Source of the DNA: a virus
Taxonomy: Duplodnaviria; Heunggongvirae; Uroviricota; Caudoviricetes
Virus record (IMG/VR): IMGVR_UViG_3300026549_002476
Strand: one strand, 5' to 3'
Length of the DNA stretch: 12,647 bases
The stretch's first letter is position 1. Each line of letters starts with the position of its first letter. The position numbers were made by a program, and so were the translations under genes. Under the pieces are notes generated by a model. It searched no databases. It saw nothing but the letters and a program-made list of their open reading frames with translations, and was not told the origin of the DNA. Of this stretch, positions 1 to 6,528 are shown one piece after another.

Positions 1-2
1 AG

Positions 3-545
3 GTTATATCTAGAATGAGAACTAGATATAATCCACCAGCAAGGTTTGAGGGTTGGGATAGTATTGAATATAAATATATTCCTGGTTCTGATCCTTACAA
101 ACACTATAGAGATTTAGACAACTTTGATTTGGAAAATTCAAGATATAATATTTCTCTTGGAGAACATTTAAAGTTAACTGAAAAAGAAGCAATTGACAAT
201 TTTTATAGTAGAAATGTCATTGCAGCAGCCGCAATGCATGATATTGGTAAGGTTTGGACAAAGAGATTTGTGACTTATGATAATAAGCCAAGTATTGATG
301 CATTGTATTATAAGCATCAGTTAGTAGGAGCATATGAATGTTTACCAATATTATTAAGTAAAGACACTGAAGATTTTGATATAACCGAGGTATCTAATCT
401 TATTGCAGATCACATGCTTGGTACATCTAAGAAATCACAGGAAATACTTAATCAAATTAAAGATTATCATGGAGATGTATATTACCACAATTTGTTGAGA
501 TTGATCAATTGTGATAGACATAATAGAATTGTAAATAATAAATAA
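3..545 (+). CDS. C-terminal part of a probable polynucleotide kinase (AAA_33)-HD phosphohydrolase fusion; 5'-truncated by the window edge
   Basis: The frame is open from the window start (GTT ATA TCT AGA ATG, V-I-S-R-M), so the ATG at 15 is probably internal. (E)VISRMRTRYNPPARFEGWDSI resembles the end of phage AAA_33/PNK domains (xIERM..xxxP...EGWD.I). It is followed by HD-domain motifs SLGEH, AAAMHDIGK, YYKHxxVGAY, LIADHM and a terminal NCD. Confidence 0.75.
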   Translation, partial: VISRMRTRYNPPARFEGWDSIEYKYIPGSDPYKHYRDLDNFDLENSRYNISLGEHLKLTEKEAIDNFYSRNVIAAAAMHDIGKVWTKRFVTYDNKPSIDALYYKHQLVGAYECLPILLSKDTEDFDITEVSNLIADHMLGTSKKSQEILNQIKDYHGDVYYHNLLRLINCDRHNRIVNNK

Positions 546-588
546 TAAAAATTGTTTTGACTTAAATATTGACCTGTTAAATTTTATA

Positions 589-622
589 TGTAAATTTCAT
601 TTAATTTTATATATAATTTAAT
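589..622 (+). promoter_or_regulatory. Putative sigma-A-like promoter upstream of yhaM
   Basis: TATAAT at 612-617 within TATAATTTAAT, and TGTAAAT at 589-595. TTGACT (557-562) and TTGACC (569-574) lie further upstream. A GGGAG SD is at 625-629. The -35 spacing is not canonical. Confidence 0.35.
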
Positions 623-641
623 TTGGGAGTATACATATAAA

Positions 642-1664
642 ATGGAATACACACATTTAAGTCAGATCAATATAAAAGAAAATTTAAATAGTCGTATATA
701 TGGTGTGTTTGTGGCTGATGAGGTAGAAGTTAGACCACAGAAAAATGGTGGTAATTACATCAACTTGACAATGAGAGATAAAGATGTCAAGATCAATGCA
801 AAGAAATTTGGAGCTTCCGAAGAAGATGCACAAACTTTAGTAAGTGGTAAAGTTTACTGTGCAGCCATAGATGTTAAACCATATAAAGATGAACCAAGCT
901 GTGTGATATATAACTTTGAAGAGATTGATGAAGATCCGAGAGATTTTGTGAATGTAGCTGATGGTATGGAACATGCTTATCAGATAATAAGTAAATCTCT
1001 TGAGAGTATTAAAGGCAGTATATATTATAGCATAGTAGCTCATTTATTGATTGATAACTGGAGTAAATTTACACAATGGACAGCTGCTAACTCAATGCAC
1101 CATGATATGATTGGTGGTTTGTTTGTGCATACTGCTGAAGTTGTTGAGCAATCAGAAGTAATGGGTAAGTATTGGCAAGAGAGATATGGTGAATCCTTTA
1201 TAAATATGCCATTACTTATAGCAGGTGCTCTGATACATGATATAGGAAAATTAAAAGAGTTAGATGTTAATTTGACAACTGGTTCAACTCAATATAGCAC
1301 TCAAGCTTCTCTGGAAACTCATATTTCTATTGGAATTAGCATGATAGACATTGAAGCTTATAAACAAGGGTTTGGTTTAGCAGCAGATGGAAAGTCTGAT
1401 GAACAGCTGAAGTCAGAGGTAGAAGCATTATCATTGTTGAGACATTTAGTTCTAAGTCATCATGGAAAGAAAGAATTTGGCAGTCCAATAAGTCCAAATA
1501 CTCCTGAAGCTTACATATTAAGTCAAGCTGATCTTATGAGTGCAGAGATGTATAGGTTTAACAAGACATTAAATCAAATGGATGCTGGTACATCAAACGC
1601 AGTGTGGTTGAGCGGTAACATGGTTAATACTTATAAGGACTCTGGTAAAATGAATAGCAAGTAA
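642..1664 (+). CDS. yhaM: YhaM/Cbf1-family 3'-5' exoribonuclease (OB-fold + HD domain)
   Basis: N-terminal OB fold (KNGGNYINLTMRDKDVKINAK), then YhaM signature motifs TAANSMHHDMIGGLFVHTAEV, LLIAGALIHDIGKLKEL, HISIG and LRHLVLSHHGKKEFGSPISPNTPEAYILSQAD. 340 aa with an SD upstream. Confidence 0.9.
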   Translation: MEYTHLSQINIKENLNSRIYGVFVADEVEVRPQKNGGNYINLTMRDKDVKINAKKFGASEEDAQTLVSGKVYCAAIDVKPYKDEPSCVIYNFEEIDEDPRDFVNVADGMEHAYQIISKSLESIKGSIYYSIVAHLLIDNWSKFTQWTAANSMHHDMIGGLFVHTAEVVEQSEVMGKYWQERYGESFINMPLLIAGALIHDIGKLKELDVNLTTGSTQYSTQASLETHISIGISMIDIEAYKQGFGLAADGKSDEQLKSEVEALSLLRHLVLSHHGKKEFGSPISPNTPEAYILSQADLMSAEMYRFNKTLNQMDAGTSNAVWLSGNMVNTYKDSGKMNSK

Positions 1665-1725
1665 TTTTATGATAAACATTTGAAATTAAAACGATATACA
1701 TTTGCATTTTGAGTGTTGAACATAG

Positions 1726-1930
1726 GATTCAAAAATTGATAAACAGTGAGTAAAAATTTGATATACAGTGAGAAAATTACAACTTTGTAAATAAAAATAT
1801 TGTTATATTTATAATTTAATATAAAGTTAAATAAATTTTTTCACTAAGTATGGATTTTGGCGAATAGAGTAATTGAGGTATAAGCATTAAGATTAAAAAG
1901 TGTTAAACAGTGGCTAAAAATTGGTATACA
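1726..1930. repeat. Imperfect ~40-bp direct repeat pair (1726-1767 and 1891-1930), with a partial copy at 1765-1778 and an inverted partial copy at 1833-1845
   Basis: gattcaaaaattgataaacagtgagtaaaaatttgatataca versus gatt-aaaaagtgttaaacagtggctaaaaattgg-tataca, 35 of 42 columns identical by manual alignment. ACAGTGAG occurs at 1743 and 1765. The reverse complement of 1833-1845 reads agtgaaaaaattt. Confidence 0.6.
1785..1820 (+). promoter_or_regulatory. Putative promoter in the intergenic gap
   Basis: TTGTAA (1785-1790), a 19-nt spacer, then TATAAT (1810-1815). It shares TGTAAAT...TATAATTTAAT with the element at 589-622. Confidence 0.35.
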
Positions 1931-2106
1931 TTACACCATTCGACCTAAAAGTTTTTCGAGAGAGGTTTTGAAAAAGAAATTTTAAGAGGATGGGGTCAAG
2001 TTGGTTGAGTTGGGAAGAATTGCAGAAATATTTTGAATTGTTAATGAAATTAAGAAAAATTATAGGCATAAAATTTTTGTAGTTAAACTCTAGATCATAA
2101 GTAAAG

Positions 2107-2140
2107 GCATAGTTCAATTTTAACTATGCATTTAATTTTT
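2107..2140 (+). terminator. Intrinsic terminator-like hairpin just upstream of the GNAT RBS
   Basis: GCATAGTT (2107-2114) and AACTATGC (2122-2129) form a perfect 8-bp stem with a 7-nt loop, followed by ATTTAATTTTT. Confidence 0.5.
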
Positions 2141-2156
2141 AAAAGAGGTAAAAGAA

Positions 2157-2726
2157 GTGAAAACTTGTTTAAGGCTAGTACGGTTGTTTGATTATGATAA
2201 ACTCATGGAGTTGTTCATAGACTGTTTTAGGGATGATCCATATTATAAGAAAATATATCCAGATGATAAAGTTAGACATGATAAAATGGTAACTGATTTT
2301 GGAGAAGTGTTTAAGTATTGCATTCAGCATAATTGGGTTAGTGGTCTATGGTCAGATAAAGACATGCTGGGATTTCTTATAGGATTTGATTATTGGTATA
2401 CACGGAAGAATGATAAGAGCATGTTTAATTTGATGTTTACAGGAAACATGGAAGATTCAAACTATCAGTCTACTAGTGAAATACATAATAAGATATGCAA
2501 TTTACATGGCGACACTATGTATTTAATAGATATTGGTATTAGGAAAGATCATAGAAAAGAGGGATTAGCAACTGAACTTATTAAAGATGCATTAAATAAA
2601 TACTATAATTATAATGTCGTAGCTGATATAGATAATATGTGTTACATGTCATTATATGAAAAACTCGGATTTGATATAAGTGATCTTGGTGAAAACTACA
2701 AGTTTGTTCAATATAAAGCTCATTAA
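2157..2726 (+). CDS. GNAT-family N-acetyltransferase
   Basis: GTG start with a GAGGT SD at 2146-2150. Acetyl-CoA-binding motif A YLIDIGIRKDHRKEGLATELI and motif B-like SLYEKLGF. The N-terminal CFRDDPYY..IYPD..R pattern resembles puromycin-acetyltransferase-like small-molecule GNATs. Confidence 0.85.
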   Translation: MKTCLRLVRLFDYDKLMELFIDCFRDDPYYKKIYPDDKVRHDKMVTDFGEVFKYCIQHNWVSGLWSDKDMLGFLIGFDYWYTRKNDKSMFNLMFTGNMEDSNYQSTSEIHNKICNLHGDTMYLIDIGIRKDHRKEGLATELIKDALNKYYNYNVVADIDNMCYMSLYEKLGFDISDLGENYKFVQYKAH

Positions 2727-2734
2727 GGAATGAT

Positions 2735-3697
2735 ATGATACTGCTTGAGAGACTGGGTACAACAAAATATAGAGATATACTTTATAATAATATTGTACTC
2801 ATTCATAAAGCAGATAGTATACCCGGATTAGCCATATTTAATAAGACTGAATATGGGTATATGCCAGAGTCAGATAAAATTGGCATGCTATACCAAGGTT
2901 CCGTTGTAAATAAAGCACTAAAATTTTTACAGAAGCCAAGTGTACATATATTAAGCACTTATAAGATACATGATTACAAAGATTTATATGAGTTTAATCC
3001 ATTTGGAATTGAGCATAAACCAATTCAGGTAGGGAATAGTATTTGGGCTTTTATAAGTATGTATGAAGATGCATATTGTTTAGCTTATACTTGTAATAGA
3101 ATATATTTTAATTTATTTTCTGATGATGTTTTTAGCAATTTAAACATTGATACATATGATAACAGCATTGAAAATAAATATATAATAAGTGCAAGTAATT
3201 TATTTAGCAATAATAAAAATTTAGATACAAGTAAAATTTTAAGGAATACTAGAACAGATAGAATTTTAACTACTGAAGCTTTTTATAATACTTGTGATTA
3301 CTCAATACTTGGTACAAATAAGAAAAGCATGATAATTAATAATATTGACTCTTCATATGATACGAATAAAAGAATTAATATTATATCTGAAGCATTGCAT
3401 AGTAATTATATCATAAAAAATTTTGATATAAGCAAAGATAAAATAAAAATAGATCATACAGAAATAAAATTAAAATCTGAAAAATCTATTGTACATATAG
3501 TAAATGATAGTAACTATAAAGAATTGAGTTATGAAGAATCAGATGATGAAGTGACTATTATATTTCCAAGGGTGCCAGTGGTATTTTATAGATTTAGCTG
3601 TGATATAGAAAATATACAGTGCAGTGGAATGGTAGTTTGTGGAGAATACAATATAAATAATGGGTTTATAAGAAAAGGAATAATAGAACTTATATGA
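2735..3697 (+). CDS. Hypothetical protein (320 aa, soluble, no family recognised)
   Basis: A 963-bp ORF in AT-rich DNA, with an AAGGA SD at 2725-2729, 8 nt after the GNAT stop. Its stop overlaps the next start (ATGA). Confidence 0.8.
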   Translation: MILLERLGTTKYRDILYNNIVLIHKADSIPGLAIFNKTEYGYMPESDKIGMLYQGSVVNKALKFLQKPSVHILSTYKIHDYKDLYEFNPFGIEHKPIQVGNSIWAFISMYEDAYCLAYTCNRIYFNLFSDDVFSNLNIDTYDNSIENKYIISASNLFSNNKNLDTSKILRNTRTDRILTTEAFYNTCDYSILGTNKKSMIINNIDSSYDTNKRINIISEALHSNYIIKNFDISKDKIKIDHTEIKLKSEKSIVHIVNDSNYKELSYEESDDEVTIIFPRVPVVFYRFSCDIENIQCSGMVVCGEYNINNGFIRKGIIELI

Positions 3698-3978
3698 TTT
3701 TAACAGTCATAAGTAAAAATAAAGATAAACATAATAAAGTTATAGCCTATAAACTTAAAAGTCCTGGTGGGCAGAGTATTGAAGTTACACCACAAATGTT
3801 AAAAGCAGCTATATTAAATGGTAAAGTAACACTAGATAATATGAGATTAACATCAGATCATAGATTGATTGACATAAAAAGCAATAATGATGATCTTATA
3901 ATATTAAATAACAATCTGATTGAGAAAATTAGGATGTTTAAAAATGATAACGGAACTACTAACTTTACATATGTATGA
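3694..3978 (+). CDS. Small hypothetical protein (94 aa)
   Basis: ATGA overlap with the upstream stop at 3694-3697, and it fills the gap between two longer genes. The N-terminal ~60 aa look like a compact beta/alpha domain (...VIAYKL...LKAAI.NG...NMRLTSDHRLID). Confidence 0.7.
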   Translation: MILTVISKNKDKHNKVIAYKLKSPGGQSIEVTPQMLKAAILNGKVTLDNMRLTSDHRLIDIKSNNDDLIILNNNLIEKIRMFKNDNGTTNFTYV

Positions 3979-3989
3979 TTGGAGAAATT

Positions 3990-5117
3990 ATGAAAGACAC
4001 TAGTAAAGAAACTAAAAACAAGAAGAGAGTAATTAAGATCATTGGTATAGCAGTCGCTCTACTAATTGTTGTGGGTATAATAGCTGGAAGGATTTCAGAT
4101 AATTCATCTACTAGTAGTTATTTTACTGTAGATTCTGGTATGTCAGAGGGATATAGTGGTGCAAGGAATTTAGAAGATACAAATAGCGTGGGTTTAGAGG
4201 CGGATTCGTTTTCTATGGCGGCTAAATCTGCTGATGAAGGATCATATGCTACAGAGGATGCAAGTAGTACAAGCAATGAAACTTATAGCAGTACTTCTTC
4301 TAGTGATATAGTTAATAGAGTTAATAGTGGCAAGAAGCTCATAACAAAAGTATCTATAGATGCAGAAACTAAAGACTTTGCAGAAGTATCTGAAAAACTT
4401 CAAAAAGATGCATATAGCATTGGTGGATATGTAGAAAATTCTTATTATTCAAAGGATGATTATAATGATAATGCACAGCAGTTAAACATTACAATAAGAA
4501 TTCCTTATGACAAAGTTGATTCCTATGTGTCAGAAGTAAGCAGTTTAGTGAACGTAACACGTAATTCCAGAACAACTACTGACATGACTTTAAACTATTA
4601 TGATTCTAAGACACGTAAGGAATCTTATGAAACTGAAAAGAAAGCTCTTGATAGGATGTTGGCACAAGCTGATAATGTTGATACAGCTTTGGCCATTCAG
4701 AATAGACTTGCAGATTTGCAGTATCAAATTGATTCAATAACTACTGATTTAAATACTATTGACAATGATGTCAATTATAGTACAGTTGAAATTTATTTAA
4801 CAGAAGTTGTTGATTATACTCATGGGTCAGAGTTACAGCAATCAATGTGGGATAAGATGAAAGATGGATTTATAAATTCACTCAAATCCATTGGTAAGGG
4901 TTTACAGAGTCTCATAATTGTACTGTTTACGAATATTCCACAGCTTGTAATTTGTGCATTGATTATCTTTGCAATTGTTAAGATAGTTAAAAAGGTTTCA
5001 AAGAAGGGTGATGCAACAAAAGAAAAAGATGCTACAAAAGAAAAAGTAGTAAAGGATCTGATTAAGGATGAGGATTCTGGAAAAATAGAAGAGAGTACAG
5101 TTGATAATAAAAATTAA
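3990..5117 (+). CDS. DUF4349-domain membrane protein (N-terminal anchor, Ser-rich linker, DUF4349, C-terminal TM)
   Basis: KKLITKVSIDAETKDF...GGYVENS...ITIRIPYDKVDSYV...DMTLNYYD...LDRMLAQADNVDTALAIQNRLADLQYQIDS...NDVNYSTVEIYL matches the DUF4349 pattern. Start moved from 3975 to the ATG at 3990 because of the GGAGA SD at 3981-3985. Confidence 0.85.
   Translation: MKDTSKETKNKKRVIKIIGIAVALLIVVGIIAGRISDNSSTSSYFTVDSGMSEGYSGARNLEDTNSVGLEADSFSMAAKSADEGSYATEDASSTSNETYSSTSSSDIVNRVNSGKKLITKVSIDAETKDFAEVSEKLQKDAYSIGGYVENSYYSKDDYNDNAQQLNITIRIPYDKVDSYVSEVSSLVNVTRNSRTTTDMTLNYYDSKTRKESYETEKKALDRMLAQADNVDTALAIQNRLADLQYQIDSITTDLNTIDNDVNYSTVEIYLTEVVDYTHGSELQQSMWDKMKDGFINSLKSIGKGLQSLIIVLFTNIPQLVICALIIFAIVKIVKKVSKKGDATKEKDATKEKVVKDLIKDEDSGKIEESTVDNKN
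5010..5045 (+). repeat. 18-bp tandem duplication (DATKEK x2) in the DUF4349 gene tail
   Basis: gatgcaacaaaagaaaaa followed by gatgctacaaaagaaaaa, one synonymous mismatch. Confidence 0.7.
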
Positions 5118-5150
5118 ACTCTAAGCATTAAAACTTATTAAGGATTCTAG

Positions 5151-5185
5151 ATAGGCTAGTGGAATATTTACACTAGCCTATTAAT
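5151..5185 (+). terminator. Intrinsic terminator-like hairpin after the DUF4349 gene
   Basis: ATAGGCTAGTG (5151-5161) and CACTAGCCTAT (5171-5181) form a perfect 11-bp stem with a 9-nt loop. The U-tract is weak. Confidence 0.65.
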
Positions 5186-5239
5186 ATGTATAGTTATAAT
5201 TTATTTTTAATTTTGATTTTACTCACAGGAGATTACAAC

Positions 5240-6520
5240 ATGACTGATTTAAAAGATACTAAAGAAACAAAGAAAAGAGTTAATAAGAAGGTAGTCGAAA
5301 CTGTTGCAGCAGTAGCAGCAATAGCCGTATGCATTGGGAGTTTAGTTGCTGGAAATAAAATAAACTCCAATAAGAAAAGTTTAGCTGATGACAAATCTGA
5401 CTCAACATCTACTGAGGTTGCATCAACAGATAGCACAGAAGAAGTGGAAGCAACTGGAATTACAACATATGATTATGCACATACAGTAGTAACCGATAAA
5501 GATCAGTTGACAGAGTTTAAGTATAATTATAACAATGCAGTGCAGAGTTTAATTGATGGCCCAACTTATTATGAGATACAAACTGGGAATAATCGTTATA
5601 CAATGTATATGTATAATACTCATGGCGAAATTTTTTCACAAAGTGATAATGGTGATTATACTTCAGTTTACAGATCAGATGGATCATTAGTAAGATATGA
5701 TTCACATAATAATGAATTTGTAATAGGCCAGGGACTTGATACACTTCATTTTGTTCAGAATGCTATTAATGCAGTAGACAGTGGTAATGATGGTATTACA
5801 TTATATAAAATGGATCTTGACAATTCTGATGAGGATACAAACCATACAGAGGAATATAGAATAGATATTGTAGGGGATGATGCAGTTTACAAGTGTTATG
5901 AATCTGCTGGTGATTATTATGCTAGTACAATGGTAAACATATTGCATCAGCAGTATGAAGCAGCAAATGAGGCTTATGTTGAGACAACTGAAGATTCAAC
6001 TGAAGCAAGCACTGAAGATTCAACTGAAGCAAGCACTGAAGATTCAACTGAAGCAAGCACTGAAGATTCAACTGAAGCGAGCACTGAAGATTCAACTGAA
6101 GCAAGCACTGAAGATTCAACTGAAGCAAGCACTGAAGATTCAACTGAAGCAAGCACTGAAGGTTCAACCGAACTTCATATGATTGTTGGCATTAGAATGT
6201 CTGAAAAGCAAGGACCTGCATATTTTTGTTACATTGTAAGAAATGGAAATGAACAATTAAGTTGGGTTTCTAATGCAATGGCAATTGGTGATGATCTTGA
6301 TTGGAAGTTGGATGATTCTTGGTATGATGATGACAAACTAGAATCTCTTAATGCTGAAAATGCAGAAGCAAAGAAGAATGAATTGATTTCCAGTCTAAAT
6401 GATGTATTAAACAATTATGCTGAGAAGAATAATATTAAAAGCTCTGATGATAGTAGGGATACAGATGGTATGATAGTTACTGCACCTGGTGGTTCAAGTG
6501 AAGCAAGTACTGAAAATTGA
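5240..6520 (+). CDS. Membrane-anchored acidic extracytoplasmic protein with an internal (TEDSTEAS)7 repeat; function unknown
   Basis: Start moved to the ATG at 5240 (AGGAG SD at 5227-5231). A basic N-terminus is followed by the hydrophobic anchor VAAVAAIAVCIGSLVAG, then a long Asp/Glu/Ser/Thr-rich body; 426 aa. Confidence 0.8.
   Translation: MTDLKDTKETKKRVNKKVVETVAAVAAIAVCIGSLVAGNKINSNKKSLADDKSDSTSTEVASTDSTEEVEATGITTYDYAHTVVTDKDQLTEFKYNYNNAVQSLIDGPTYYEIQTGNNRYTMYMYNTHGEIFSQSDNGDYTSVYRSDGSLVRYDSHNNEFVIGQGLDTLHFVQNAINAVDSGNDGITLYKMDLDNSDEDTNHTEEYRIDIVGDDAVYKCYESAGDYYASTMVNILHQQYEAANEAYVETTEDSTEASTEDSTEASTEDSTEASTEDSTEASTEDSTEASTEDSTEASTEDSTEASTEGSTELHMIVGIRMSEKQGPAYFCYIVRNGNEQLSWVSNAMAIGDDLDWKLDDSWYDDDKLESLNAENAEAKKNELISSLNDVLNNYAEKNNIKSSDDSRDTDGMIVTAPGGSSEASTEN
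5987..6172 (+). repeat. In-frame 24-bp tandem repeat, 7 full units plus an 18-bp degenerate unit
   Basis: Unit actgaagattcaactgaagcaagc starts at 5987, 6011, 6035, 6059, 6083, 6107 and 6131. The only variant is a synonymous A>G at 6079. The partial unit actgaaggttcaaccgaa is at 6155-6172. Each unit is two related 12-mers, both starting ACTGAAG. Confidence 0.97.
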
Positions 6521-6528
6521 GGTGTATA

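Noticed and set aside
1914-2117. Minus-strand 67-aa ORF in the intergenic gap
   Set aside because: TTG start with no SD, no motif, and it would be the only minus-strand gene. More likely chance.
1875-2121. Possible pseudogene fragments on the + strand (e.g. AKNWYTLHHST*KFFERGFEKEILRGWGQVG*, VELGRIAEIF*IVNEIKKNYRHKIFVVKL*)
   Set aside because: No recognisable homology. Neither TAG nor TGA read-through gives a long ORF, so a pseudogene cannot be supported without a database search.
2157-2726. GNAT as a tRNA-acetylating toxin of a type II TA pair
   Set aside because: There is no small upstream RHH antitoxin gene, and the sequence pattern fits small-molecule GNATs better.
5987-6172. Repeat array as a CRISPR or a phase-variation switch
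   Set aside because: The units are contiguous with no spacers and no cas genes are present. The unit length is a multiple of 3, so slippage changes length but not frame.
5922-6182. Alternative-frame ORFs over the tandem repeat: 5922..6167 (-), 5955..6182 (+, cationic amphipathic LKIQLKQA repeats) and 5974..6156 (-)
   Set aside because: They stay open only because the 24-bp unit lacks stops in those frames. They have no SD and end just outside the array. The antimicrobial-peptide-like look of (LKIQLKQA)n is most likely a by-product.
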